Assembly: GCA_964435855.1 (NCBI GenBank)
Contig: CAYTAU010000007.1
Span: 10,507 to 74,506, forward strand
Length of the DNA stretch: 64,000 bases
Origin: an uncultured Bacteroidales bacterium
GTDB lineage: Bacteria; Bacteroidota; Bacteroidia; Bacteroidales; CAYTAU01
Direction of reading: 5' to 3'
The position numbers and the translations under genes were made by a program. Numbering within the stretch: position 1 is the first letter of the stretch; every line of letters starts with the position of its first letter. A model generated the notes under the pieces. It saw only the letters and a list, made by a program, of their open reading frames with translations. It had not been told where the DNA came from and did not search any database. Of this stretch, positions 31,511 to 41,971 are shown one piece after another.

Positions 31511-33454
31511 CTATAAGGTTTCTTGTGCATTTTTTTGTTTGAAATCAATATCAAAAACAACTCCTGCTCGTATCCATCTTCCCGGCATTACAAGGTATCC
31601 AAGATCATGATATTCTACATTAAACAGGTTTGAAATTTCAACATAAGCGTTTACTATATTTTTTTTCCAGTAAATTCGGGAATCAACTAAAGTAAAAGGT
31701 TTATAATCAAATTCATTATCAATATCATTTTCATCAATAAATGAATATGTGCCTGCTCTGCTTTGAAACGAAACTCTCCAACTTGCAGAAAAGTTTTTAT
31801 ATATTTTATGTTGTGTACTTAATGATAATTTATGTTTTAAGTAGTCTAATGCATATTTTGAAATAAAGTTGTCGCTTAATTTTTCTATTTCAGTATAAGA
31901 ATAATTAATATTAACATAATTAAAAGGAAAATGCTTGCCAAATAAACGCTTTGTTGATATTTTTTCACTTATTTCAAAGCCAATGGTGGTTAGCTCTTCA
32001 ATATTTACACAATTCCAAACTCCAATTGATGTATCTTTTACCCAATCAATAACATTTTTCCCTTCACGTTTAAAAACAGAAATATGCGATTTGAAATACT
32101 TATTATGATACTTAATGCCTGTTTCATAAGTAAGTGCTTCTCCGGGAACAAGGTCGGCATTACCTACATTTGCCCCTTTCATGTATAAGTCGGTAAATGT
32201 TGGCAAACGAAGAGAATTATTTACAGAACCAAAAATCCTTGTATTTTTAAACAATTGATAGCTGATATCTAATCCTGGATAATAACTCCAACTATAATCA
32301 GATGTCCAGTTTGCAAGCATTCCTGTTGATAATATCAAGTTCTTGTAATAATAAACATGTTCAATAAACATCCCCATATTATCTCTTGATCTACCGTGTG
32401 TAAATACCCAGTCAACTTCTCCGGGAACAGGAATTGTATCAAATAATTCTTCTCCAAGAACATTGCTTAATATATTTTCAGAACGATATTCAGCTCCTAT
32501 TGCTGTTTTTCCTAAAAAGGTTGTAAAACTTAAATTAAAATCTATTCCATAAACATTAGTCAGATGATTATTTGTATAAACAGAAGGGTCTTCTCTTAAA
32601 AAGATATATTGATCCTGATGACGTCTCCAATATAAATTTTGGTTATATTTTATTTTTTTTCCGGATAGAAAACGAACATTAGCAAAGGTTGTTTTGGTTT
32701 TTTCAAATTGATCAGGATATTTTATCTGATAAAATTTATTTGCTCCAAAAGCTTTATTATTATGACCTGTTTGAAATTTAATATCTCCCAAATTTGACTT
32801 AAAAGCAGTCTGATAAAATAAATTTGAAATTTTAAAATCAGTATTTTCAATATAACCCGAACTTGCTTTACGCGATAAAGAAAAGTAGTTGTCCATTTGT
32901 TTTGTGTTAAATGTTCCTTCAACAGAACCACTATTAAGAAAGTGGTCTCCACCCATTACAGAAACTCTAACATTCTTTTCTTTATCATTGCCTGTAATAA
33001 TATTAATTGCTCCACTAAAAGCGTTAGGACCATAAATTCTTGAACCCGGTCCTTCCAGTATTTCAATTCTGTCAATATTTTCTATTTCAATTGGCAGGTT
33101 CATGTTATGATGTCCTGTTTGAGGATCATTAACCTTTACTCCATTCAATAATATTAGCGTTTGATCAAAAGAACCACCACGAATACTTATATCTGCTAAT
33201 ACTCCATGATTCCCATATTGCCTTACATCAACATTTAAAACAAATTCAAGCAGCTCCATTATGCTTTGTGCCGGAGCGTTTTCAATTTCTTCTCTCCCGA
33301 TAACAGTAATAACTCTTGATGATTCTGAATATAGAGTAGGTACACGGCTTGCTGAAATCTCAACCTCGTCAATTAAAAGAGTGTCTTTTTTTTGAGCAAA
33401 AGAAATACCTGTAGCAACAAAAATCAAGAGGTATGCAATAATAAATTTTTTCAC
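31511..33454 (-). CDS. TonB-dependent receptor (small ~640-aa class, BtuB/CirA-like size)
   Basis: Plug: DEVEISASRVPTLYSESSRVITVI..., IRGGSFDQTLILLNGVKVNDPQTGHHN, IEILEGPGSRIYGPNAFSGAINIIT. C-terminal barrel ends ...RAGVVFDIDF. The tracked start is TTG 33481. GTG 33454 (VKKFIIAYLLIFVATGISFAQ) fits a signal peptide. Confidence 0.85.
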   Translation of the reverse strand: MKKFIIAYLLIFVATGISFAQKKDTLLIDEVEISASRVPTLYSESSRVITVIGREEIENAPAQSIMELLEFVLNVDVRQYGNHGVLADISIRGGSFDQTLILLNGVKVNDPQTGHHNMNLPIEIENIDRIEILEGPGSRIYGPNAFSGAINIITGNDKEKNVRVSVMGGDHFLNSGSVEGTFNTKQMDNYFSLSRKASSGYIENTDFKISNLFYQTAFKSNLGDIKFQTGHNNKAFGANKFYQIKYPDQFEKTKTTFANVRFLSGKKIKYNQNLYWRRHQDQYIFLREDPSVYTNNHLTNVYGIDFNLSFTTFLGKTAIGAEYRSENILSNVLGEELFDTIPVPGEVDWVFTHGRSRDNMGMFIEHVYYYKNLILSTGMLANWTSDYSWSYYPGLDISYQLFKNTRIFGSVNNSLRLPTFTDLYMKGANVGNADLVPGEALTYETGIKYHNKYFKSHISVFKREGKNVIDWVKDTSIGVWNCVNIEELTTIGFEISEKISTKRLFGKHFPFNYVNINYSYTEIEKLSDNFISKYALDYLKHKLSLSTQHKIYKNFSASWRVSFQSRAGTYSFIDENDIDNEFDYKPFTLVDSRIYWKKNIVNAYVEISNLFNVEYHDLGYLVMPGRWIRAGVVFDIDFKQKNAQETL

Positions 33455-33582
33455 AAAAAAATAATTACAATTATTATGCAAATTTACAATAATTCTTCAA
33501 ATTATCAATTTTTATTCTTAATATTGTCGAGCAGAATATAAAATGAGAAAAACATTATATAAACCTTAAATTTAATTTAATT

Positions 33583-36500
33583 ATGAAAGCTAAAAAATTT
33601 ATTTTTGCTGCAATTGGAGCAGTTGTAATAACAGTTATAGTACTGGGAATTATTTTTGGAAAAGGTAAAAAAGAAATTAATTCTGACAATCCTGAATTTA
33701 GCAAATATATTTCAGCCTATACCTCAGGGGTAATTTCTAAAAAGTCTTCAATAAATGTCAGAATTTCAAGTGAACTGTCTGCCGCTTTACAAGTTGAAAA
33801 AATTGATAATGAGAGCTTATTTGAATTTAATCCGTCAATTGAAGGTGAAGTTTCGTGGTTAAATGACAGAACTATTGAATTTAAACCAAAAAATGATCTG
33901 TCATCAGGCACAGAATATTATGTTGAGTTTAATTTAGATGAATTAAAAAGCGATATTGAAGATGATCTAAGTGTTTTTGCATTTAAGTTTCAAACTATAA
34001 AACAGGGTTTTGAAGTTTCAATTGAAGAGCAAAAAACGATTGACAAAAAAACATTGAGGTGGCAAAAAGCCATGGGTGTTCTTCAAACGGCTGATGACGA
34101 AGATATAGAATTAATTAAAAAAGTATTACATGCATCACAAGAAGGGAAAGAACTCTCAATAAAATGGAAAGAGAATGATGATGCACAATTATTTTATTTT
34201 GAAATTGATAGTATTTCAAGAGGTGAAAAAGCATCGGAAGTAATTCTTGAATGGGATGGAAGTATTATTGATAGTGATATTAAGGGAGACATGAAAATTG
34301 AAGTACCTTCTTTAGATGATTTCAAATTTATGTCGTATAAAATTGTTCATCAACCTGAACAATATTTACAATTGCAATTTTCTGACCCATTGCAGGAAAA
34401 CCAATACCTTAAAGGACTTTTACATTTTAATAATATATCGGGATTAAGATATATTATTGAAGATAATGTTATTAAAGTATATCCTCCATATAGATTAGAT
34501 GGAACATATACACTACATATTGAAGAAGGAGTAAAAAATATTTTGGGCTATAAACTTAAAAAAGTTACTCAGATAGAATTAGTTTTTGAAGAAATAAAAC
34601 CTGCCGTTCGTTTTGTTGGTGATGGAGTAATTCTTCCCAGTTCAGATAATGGCTTAATTGTTCCATTCGAAGCAGTAAATATTACAGCAGTTGATGTTAG
34701 AATTGTTCGTATTTATGAAAATAATGTTATTCAATTTTTGCAAGTTAATGAAGTGGATGGAGATTATCAACTAAGGCGTGTTGGTAAAATGGTTTTACAA
34801 AAAACAATTCCTTTAAATCAATCAAATGTTGTTGACCTTGGCAGATGGAACAGGTTTTCGTTAGACATGAATGAACTTATTGAAACTGAACCCGGAGCAA
34901 TATACAGAATATCAATAAATTTTAGAAAACAACATTCTTTGTTTAATTGCGGTGATGATGATGACGAAGAAGGTGAAGGTGAAATTTCATCAAGCTGGAC
35001 AGAATTAAGTGACGGCACTGATGAATCATCATATTGGGATTATTTTGATGACTACTATTACGGTGATTATAACTGGGAACATCGCGATGATCCATGCTAT
35101 GATGCTTATTATGGTTCAAGAAGAATGGTTTCAAAAAATATTATTGCTTCAAATCTTGGAATGATAGCCAAAAAAGGTAATAATGGTTCAATAAACGTTA
35201 TTGTTACAGATTTAAGGACAACAAAACCTCTTGCAAATATTGACATAGAAATATATGATTATCAGCAACAATTATTAAAATCGGTTAAAACAAATACTGA
35301 TGGTATTGCAGCTTTCCCTGAACTTGAAGAACCATTTTTTATTATTGCAAAAAACGGGAAAGAAAGAGGTTACCTTAAATTAAATGATGGAGCATCACTT
35401 TCATTAAGCAGGTTTGATGTTTCCGGAGTATCGGTTCAAAAAGGATTAAAAGGATTTATTTATGGTGAGCGAGGTGTGTGGCGACCGGGAGATTCGTTGT
35501 ATATCTCGTTTATTCTTGAGGATATAAATAAAACTTTACCGGCAGATCATCCTGTTGTTTTTGAATTAAGAAACCCTGCATATCAATTAATTCACAGATT
35601 TGTTCAGCAAAAAAACAATTTAGATTTCTATACTTTCAGATTTAAAACTGACCAAGAGGCACCAACAGGCGATTGGCAAGCTAAAGTTGAGGTTGGTGGA
35701 GCAACGTTTACAAAATATCTTAAAATTGAAACAATTAAACCAAATCGTTTAAAAATTAAAATTGATTTTGGAAAAAAATATCTTGTAAAAGGGCAAGCGG
35801 CTTCAGCTATTATGAATGTTAAATGGTTGCATGGAGCAATTGCAAAAAATCTTGATGCAATGGTTGAAGTTGTTTTAACAACTTCTAATACTTATTTTGA
35901 AAAATATAAAGATTACACTTTTGATGACCAAACAAAATCATTTTATTCAGAATCGGATGTGATATTTGACGGTACACTTGATGAAACAGGTAATGCAAAT
36001 GTAAATGCAGATCTAAGTGTAGGGGAATCAGCTCCCGGGAAATTAAGAGCTACTTTTATTACTAAAGTATTCGAAAAAGGTGGAGATTTTAGTATCGATC
36101 AATTTTCGTTGCCTTACAATCCTTATACTTCTTATGTGGGTATAAAAATGCCAAAAGGAGATAAAGCGAGAAAAATGTTATTGACAGATACAACTCATAC
36201 TATTAAGTTGGTAACTGTTGACGAAAATGGTAAATTGGTAAAAGAAAGTCATAGAATAGAAATGACATTTTATAAGATTGACTGGAGATGGTGGTGGGAG
36301 CAATCTTATGATAATTTATCAAAATACAGTGGAAGGTCGTATGTTCAACCATTAGAACGAAAAACAATAACATCATCGAATGGTAAAGCAAGTTGGAAAG
36401 TGAGAATTAATTACCCTGATTGGGGACGATATCTTGTGCGTGCCCATGACCTGACTACAGGACATTCTACATCAAAAACTATTTATATCGATTGGCCGGG

Positions 36501-39147
36501 ATGGGCAGGAAGAGAGCAGAAAGATAATCCGGGCGGAGCCACCATGCTATCATTTACATCTGATAATGATAAGTATAGTGTTGGTGAAAAAATTAATTTA
36601 ACAATTCCGTCAAGCGCAGGCGGGAGAGCATTAATTAGTATTGAAACCGGCTCAAAAGTAATAGAAACGCATTGGGTGGAAACGCAAAAAGATGAAACAA
36701 AATTTTCTTTTACTGCAACAAAGGAAATGACACCAAACATTTATGTAAATGTTACAATGTTGCAGCCACATGCTCAAACAGCAAACGATTTACCTATTAG
36801 AATGTATGGTATTTTACCTGTTACTGTTGAAGACCCGAGTACTCATCTTGAACCTGTTTTAAAAATGCCGGATGTATTGCAATCGGAAGAAACGGTTACT
36901 ATTAAAGTTAGCGAAAAAAATAATCAGAAAATGACTTATACCATTGCTATGGTTGATGAAGGCTTACTTGATCTAACTCGTTTCCAAACACCTGATCCCT
37001 GGAACCATTTTTATGCAAAAGAAGCACTTGGAGTAAAAACATGGGATATTTACGATTGGGTAATTGGAGCTTATGGCGGAGAACTTGAAAGAATTCTTTC
37101 AATTGGTGGAGGCATGGATGAAGGTGGCGAAAGTGGTAAAAAAGCAAATCGCTTTAAGCCTATGGTTAAATTTTTAGGACCATTTCATCTAAAAGGAGGA
37201 GAAAACAAACATACAATAGAAATTCCTAAATATATTGGTTCTGTCAGAACCATGGTAATAGCCGGACATGACAAAGCTTATGGCTCTGTAGATAAAACAA
37301 CACCCGTAAGAAAACCATTGATGATACTTGGAACTTTGCCAAGAGTACTTGGACCGGGCGAAACAGTGAAATTGCCTGTAAATGTTTTTGCTATGGAAAA
37401 TCATGTTAAAAACGTAAGTATTCAGGTAAAAACAAACAAATATTTAAAAGTTGTTGGCGGAAGCCAAAAAACATTGAAGTTTACTGAACCCGGAGATGAT
37501 TATGTTGAATTTGAACTTGTAGTTCAACCTAAACTGGGAATTGCAAGAGTTGAAATAATTGCAACATCAGGTAAGGAAAAAGCTTCTTTTGATATAGAGT
37601 TAGATGTTAGAAATCCAAATCCGAGAGTTACTGATGTGATTTCAAAAATTATTGAACCCGGACAAACATGGACTGAAATATTCACTCCTGTTGGAATAAC
37701 CGGAACAAATAAGGGAGTTCTTGAAATTTCTTCAATTCCTCCTTTAAATCTTGAGAAACGATTAAAATATCTAATAAAATATCCACATGGATGCGTTGAG
37801 CAAGTTACATCGTCTGCGTTTCCACAATTGTATCTCGACAAGCTTGTTGAATTAACATCAACACAGAAAAAAGATGTTTCGAGAAATATTAAATATGCAA
37901 TTAAGAAACTTCAATCGTTTCAGATGTTTAATGGCGGATTAAGTTATTGGCCGGGAGGTAGCAGCACAAGCGAATGGGGAACAAATTATGCCGGACACTT
38001 TTTGGTAGAAGCCGACAAAAAAGGCTACACCGTTTCTTCAGGATTTTTGAAAAAGTGGATTAAATATCAAAAAACAAAAGCAAATTCCTGGACCGACGAT
38101 GGCAAGCGTTCTCATTTAATGCAGGCATATCGTCTGTACACACTCGCTTTGGCAGATAAACCCGTAATTGGTGCTATGAACAGATTGAAAGAAAAATCAA
38201 ATCTTTCAAACGAAGCCAAATGGCGTTTGGCAGCAGCGTATCAGTTAGCAGGAAAAGAAAAAACAGCATTGAAAATGATAACAGGTTTATCAACCGATTT
38301 TAAAGAATATTACGAGTTGTCATATACTTTTGGCTCATCAATAAGAGATAAAGCTATGGTGTTAGAAACTTTGGTGTCGCTGAAAAAACGTGAACTGGCT
38401 TTCAAATTATTGAAAGAAATTTCTGCCGATTTAGCAAGCGAACGTTGGTATAGCACACAAACCACAGCATATTCTCTTGTAGCAATATCAAAATATGTTG
38501 ACAAAAATGTTACATCAAGCAGTCTGAAATATACTTATAAAATTGGTGAAAACAAGGCAATAAATATTGTTTCGCAAAGTCCGGTTTCGCAATCAGACCT
38601 TAAAATAAAAGGAGCAAAAGCAAAACAATTGACAATGAAAAATACCAGCACAGGAATGCTTTATGCAAGAATTATTCTGGAAGGTGTTCCGCTTGCAGGT
38701 AACGAAACAGATTCCGAAAGTGATCTTAAAATTTCTGTAAAATATATGTATATGGATGGCTCATCAATTGATCCAACAAGCATTGTGCAAGGAACTGATT
38801 TTATGGCAGAAGTAAAAATTACACATCCCGGCATAAATGCTAATTACAAAGAAATGGCATTAACACAGATATTCCCGTCGGGATGGGAAATAATTAATAC
38901 CCGTATGCTTGATGTTGGAAATTATAAAGTGGTAAGTGTCCCAAAATATCTGGATATTAGAGACGATAGAGTTTATACATATTTTGATATTAACAGAAGT
39001 AGAACTAAAACTTTCCGTGTATTGCTAAATGCAAGTTATGTGGGTAAATATTATCTACCTGTAGTTTCCTGCGAAGCTATGTACGACGCTACCATTAATG
39101 CCCGAAAAGCAGGTAAATGGGTAGAGGTAGTAAAATCAGGAATGTAG
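33583..39147 (+). CDS. bacterial alpha-2-macroglobulin family protein with intact thioester motif
   Basis: 1854 aa with an N-terminal TM anchor and MG-domain repeats. Thioester motif GCVEQ (CVEQ at 37792-37803) sits in YPHGCVEQVTSSAFPQLY. An alpha-helical TED region and C-terminal receptor-binding-like domain follow. Confidence 0.9.
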   Translation: MKAKKFIFAAIGAVVITVIVLGIIFGKGKKEINSDNPEFSKYISAYTSGVISKKSSINVRISSELSAALQVEKIDNESLFEFNPSIEGEVSWLNDRTIEFKPKNDLSSGTEYYVEFNLDELKSDIEDDLSVFAFKFQTIKQGFEVSIEEQKTIDKKTLRWQKAMGVLQTADDEDIELIKKVLHASQEGKELSIKWKENDDAQLFYFEIDSISRGEKASEVILEWDGSIIDSDIKGDMKIEVPSLDDFKFMSYKIVHQPEQYLQLQFSDPLQENQYLKGLLHFNNISGLRYIIEDNVIKVYPPYRLDGTYTLHIEEGVKNILGYKLKKVTQIELVFEEIKPAVRFVGDGVILPSSDNGLIVPFEAVNITAVDVRIVRIYENNVIQFLQVNEVDGDYQLRRVGKMVLQKTIPLNQSNVVDLGRWNRFSLDMNELIETEPGAIYRISINFRKQHSLFNCGDDDDEEGEGEISSSWTELSDGTDESSYWDYFDDYYYGDYNWEHRDDPCYDAYYGSRRMVSKNIIASNLGMIAKKGNNGSINVIVTDLRTTKPLANIDIEIYDYQQQLLKSVKTNTDGIAAFPELEEPFFIIAKNGKERGYLKLNDGASLSLSRFDVSGVSVQKGLKGFIYGERGVWRPGDSLYISFILEDINKTLPADHPVVFELRNPAYQLIHRFVQQKNNLDFYTFRFKTDQEAPTGDWQAKVEVGGATFTKYLKIETIKPNRLKIKIDFGKKYLVKGQAASAIMNVKWLHGAIAKNLDAMVEVVLTTSNTYFEKYKDYTFDDQTKSFYSESDVIFDGTLDETGNANVNADLSVGESAPGKLRATFITKVFEKGGDFSIDQFSLPYNPYTSYVGIKMPKGDKARKMLLTDTTHTIKLVTVDENGKLVKESHRIEMTFYKIDWRWWWEQSYDNLSKYSGRSYVQPLERKTITSSNGKASWKVRINYPDWGRYLVRAHDLTTGHSTSKTIYIDWPGWAGREQKDNPGGATMLSFTSDNDKYSVGEKINLTIPSSAGGRALISIETGSKVIETHWVETQKDETKFSFTATKEMTPNIYVNVTMLQPHAQTANDLPIRMYGILPVTVEDPSTHLEPVLKMPDVLQSEETVTIKVSEKNNQKMTYTIAMVDEGLLDLTRFQTPDPWNHFYAKEALGVKTWDIYDWVIGAYGGELERILSIGGGMDEGGESGKKANRFKPMVKFLGPFHLKGGENKHTIEIPKYIGSVRTMVIAGHDKAYGSVDKTTPVRKPLMILGTLPRVLGPGETVKLPVNVFAMENHVKNVSIQVKTNKYLKVVGGSQKTLKFTEPGDDYVEFELVVQPKLGIARVEIIATSGKEKASFDIELDVRNPNPRVTDVISKIIEPGQTWTEIFTPVGITGTNKGVLEISSIPPLNLEKRLKYLIKYPHGCVEQVTSSAFPQLYLDKLVELTSTQKKDVSRNIKYAIKKLQSFQMFNGGLSYWPGGSSTSEWGTNYAGHFLVEADKKGYTVSSGFLKKWIKYQKTKANSWTDDGKRSHLMQAYRLYTLALADKPVIGAMNRLKEKSNLSNEAKWRLAAAYQLAGKEKTALKMITGLSTDFKEYYELSYTFGSSIRDKAMVLETLVSLKKRELAFKLLKEISADLASERWYSTQTTAYSLVAISKYVDKNVTSSSLKYTYKIGENKAINIVSQSPVSQSDLKIKGAKAKQLTMKNTSTGMLYARIILEGVPLAGNETDSESDLKISVKYMYMDGSSIDPTSIVQGTDFMAEVKITHPGINANYKEMALTQIFPSGWEIINTRMLDVGNYKVVSVPKYLDIRDDRVYTYFDINRSRTKTFRVLLNASYVGKYYLPVVSCEAMYDATINARKAGKWVEVVKSGM

Positions 39148-39166
39148 TAAATTATGAGAATTTGAG

Positions 39167-39198
39167 AAACACCAACAAAATACTGTTGGTGTTTTTTT
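39167..39198 (+). terminator. intrinsic terminator after the alpha-2-macroglobulin gene
   Basis: Perfect 11-bp stem aaacaccaaca / tgttggtgttt, 6-nt loop, T-run. Confidence 0.6.
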
Positions 39199-39241
39199 AT
39201 ATATTTGAAATAATCATTGTACTTTCGTGAAAATTTCAGGA

Positions 39242-39952
39242 ATGGAAAACATTATTACATTTAATAAAATTATTAAGCGTTATGTAATGGGCACGCAAAT
39301 AGTTCGTGCACTAAATTCTGTTTCTATTGATATTTCTAGAAATGAATATGTTGCCATTATGGGACCTTCCGGTTCCGGCAAATCTACCATGATGAATATT
39401 ATTGGTTGTTTGGATACACCTACTTCGGGACAATATATGTTAAATCATACAGACGTTAGTGGTATGACAGATAATAAATTAGCTGAAATACGAAATAAAG
39501 AAATTGGCTTTATTTTTCAAACATTTAATTTGTTGCCACGATTTACTGCTTTAGAAAATGTAATGTTACCTCTTATATATTCCGGTATTACAAAAAATAA
39601 ACGAATAGAAAGAGCAGAAAAAGTTCTTTATGATGTTGGTTTGGCAGATAGAATGACACACAGACCCAGCGAATTATCGGGAGGACAACGGCAAAGAGTT
39701 TCAGTTGCAAGGGCTTTGGTTAATAATCCTTCTATTATTTTGGCAGATGAGCCAACAGGAAATCTAGATTCAAAAACATCGGTAGAAATTATGCGTTTAT
39801 TTAATGATATTAATAAAAGTGGAAACACAATAATTGTTGTTACACATGAAGAAGATATTGCAAAATATGCAGGAAGAATTATTAGATTAATGGACGGAAA
39901 AATTGCATTGGATGAAAAAAATAAGGAACAAAAAAATATTAGTGATGAGTAA
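39242..39952 (+). CDS. ABC transporter ATP-binding protein (MacB/LolD-type)
   Basis: Walker [11 protein letters not shown]-loop, signature LSGGQRQRV, Walker [13 protein letters not shown]-loop VTHE. The tracked start is GTG 39227 and ATG 39242 (MENIITF) is more likely. Confidence 0.9.
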   Translation: MENIITFNKIIKRYVMGTQIVRALNSVSIDISRNEYVAIMGPSGSGKSTMMNIIGCLDTPTSGQYMLNHTDVSGMTDNKLAEIRNKEIGFIFQTFNLLPRFTALENVMLPLIYSGITKNKRIERAEKVLYDVGLADRMTHRPSELSGGQRQRVSVARALVNNPSIILADEPTGNLDSKTSVEIMRLFNDINKSGNTIIVVTHEEDIAKYAGRIIRLMDGKIALDEKNKEQKNISDE

Positions 39953-40499
39953 TAAAAAATATTGGAAAATATACACAAAGGGAGGCGATAAAGGACAAAC
40001 CTCATTAATTGGCGGTAAAAGAGTGCCAAAATATCACGATAGGATAGAGGCTTATGGAACAATTGATGAATTAATATCTTATATTGGTTTGTTGCGAGAC
40101 CAGAATATTGAAGAAAATTCAAAAAATATATTAATAACAATTCAGAAAAAGCTAATGATTTGTGCTTCATTATTGGCAACTACTATTGAAGATAGTAATG
40201 ATAAATTACCCGAATTAAAAGAAAGTGATATTGAATACCTTGAAAAAGAAATTGATATTATTGAAAATTCATTGCCGGAATTGAAATCTTTTATTCTTCC
40301 AGGCGGACACATTTCCGTCTCAATTTGTCATATTGCAAGAAATATTTGCAGACGAGCAGAAAGAAGAGTTGTATATCTTACCCAAAATTATGAAATTGAC
40401 AGCAATATTATTAAATATTTAAACCGCCTTTCTGATTTTTTATTCGTGTTTTCCAGGAAGTTATCAAAAGATTTTAATATAAAAGAAATTCTTTGGTAA
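39945..40499 (+). CDS. PduO-type ATP:cob(I)alamin adenosyltransferase
   Basis: [42 protein letters not shown] and ...LPGGH...[13 protein letters not shown] match the PduO/MMAB family. ATG 39945 overlaps the ABC gene stop by 8 nt. Confidence 0.85.
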   Translation: MSNKKYWKIYTKGGDKGQTSLIGGKRVPKYHDRIEAYGTIDELISYIGLLRDQNIEENSKNILITIQKKLMICASLLATTIEDSNDKLPELKESDIEYLEKEIDIIENSLPELKSFILPGGHISVSICHIARNICRRAERRVVYLTQNYEIDSNIIKYLNRLSDFLFVFSRKLSKDFNIKEILW

Positions 40500-40578
40500 G
40501 CTTATTTGTAATTAAATATTTTTGTATTATATTCGCAAACTTTTTTAATACAGATGAATTTTTAAAATAAGTTGTGTT

Positions 40579-40800
40579 ATGTATTGGACACTTGAATTAG
40601 CTTCAAAATTAGAGGATGCACCATGGCCTGCAACAAAAGATGAATTAATTGATTATGCAATTAGGTCGGGAGCTCCATTAGAAGTAATAGAAAATTTACA
40701 GGAAATAGAAGATGAAGGCGAAGCCTATGATAGTATAATAGATATTTGGCCTGATTATCCGAGTAAAGATGATTTCTTCTTTAATGAAGATGAGTATTAA
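40579..40800 (+). CDS. DUF2795 domain protein
   Basis: WPATKDELIDYAIRSGAPLEVIENLQEI is the DUF2795 signature. Acidic C-terminus. Confidence 0.7.
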   Translation: MYWTLELASKLEDAPWPATKDELIDYAIRSGAPLEVIENLQEIEDEGEAYDSIIDIWPDYPSKDDFFFNEDEY

Positions 40801-40820
40801 ACCTTAAAAATTATGTTAAA

Positions 40821-40857
40821 AAAAAGCTTGTTCATTTATTGAACAAGCTTTTTTTTA
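40821..40857 (+). terminator. intrinsic terminator after the DUF2795 gene
   Basis: 13-bp stem aaaaagcttgttc / gaacaagcttttt, 7-nt loop, T-run. Confidence 0.65.
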
Positions 40858-41344
40858 TTTACAAAATTATGCTTCAACCCACTCTAAAAAAAACAGAATT
40901 TTCTAACAACAAGGGCTACCTCTTGTAAGAAAATTTAGCTGTTTTCTTTATTCACCCCATCACATGGTTCGCAATTTTGTCAGGCTAACGCGCTTTGCAT
41001 TAGTTTTCAATAAAGACAGGCAAGTATAAATTAATTTTTTTCCTATTTATTATATACAAAATGTATTTGGATATCAAAATGCTGAGGACAGTAGCCATGA
41101 AAATTCTTCAGGGTGTTGCAACGCTGAAAACAGGATTGCTGAAAGTAGAATGAAGTTTTTCATGTTTTTTAGATTTTAAGTTTCTCAAAGATAGTAAGAA
41201 AATATTTCCTGTTTATTTTGGGAATCCTTTTTTTCGATTTGTTGTTATTACCCCTCTTTATCTTTCAGCCTAAGGCGGATTAGAAGTTTTAAATCCATAT
41301 TTATTAATAAATACTTAATATTCTTTTTGGGCTAAAGCCCATTT

Positions 41345-41569
41345 AATTTTTGTGCTTTAACCCGAATTATGCAAAAGAATTTATTTCTTTTGCATAATCG
41401 ATTAAGAATCACTGCCAAAATTATTTCATTTCAATCACCATTTTTGTGTTCTTCTACCTTGCCTGCCATGCCTTCGGCAGGTAAACCGGCAGGCAGGAGT
41501 CGGGATTAACCCTTATATATTCATTAGTTCGGCTGTTTGCAACCTCCTAATGAATAATGCGGGTTTAAC
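41345..41569. repeat. REP/BIME-like array of four hairpin modules (right copy, inverted relative to 30966-31185)
   Basis: Contains attatgcaaaag..cttttgcataat, the GC-rich 59-bp module 41454-41512 (reverse complement about 55/59 identical to 31025-31083) and attcattag..ctaatgaat, separated by gggtttaacc/gggattaaccc motifs, in mirrored order. Confidence 0.6.
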
Positions 41570-41971
41570 CTAATTTATCATTTGGAATAAGTGCTAAAAT
41601 ATCTTTCACTTTTATGTTTGTATCCTTTATTGTTTTTGACATACCTTATCTAAAGAATATTAGAACAAAGATATATGTACTTAACTTTTAAGAACAAATA
41701 TAATAATACTGTTTATCAACAATATGCAATATTTTTTGTTAATATCACGTGGATTTTTATAATTTGAAAATTTACAATGAATTTTTATATGGATTTTTTG
41801 CCAAATTGTTAATTACTTATTGAAAAGCAGTCCCTTAAAAAGTATTCTATAATATAGGAATCTTCCGAACACTCTTAATTGCAAATCCGCAACATTGGGA
41901 TTATTGCCATCTACAATTGGCAAAACTTGATTTTAACTTATAAATTTAGCACCAATCAATGTTTTAGAAAA

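Noticed and set aside
33455-33582. Cobalamin riboswitch or other leader between the divergent TonB receptor and alpha-2-macroglobulin genes.
   Set aside because: The spacer is about 100 nt of AT-rich sequence, too short for a cobalamin riboswitch. It has no B12-box-like motif or obvious conserved helices.
39628-40179. 183-aa minus-strand ORF.
   Set aside because: It is antisense to the well-supported ABC ATPase and PduO genes and has no motifs.
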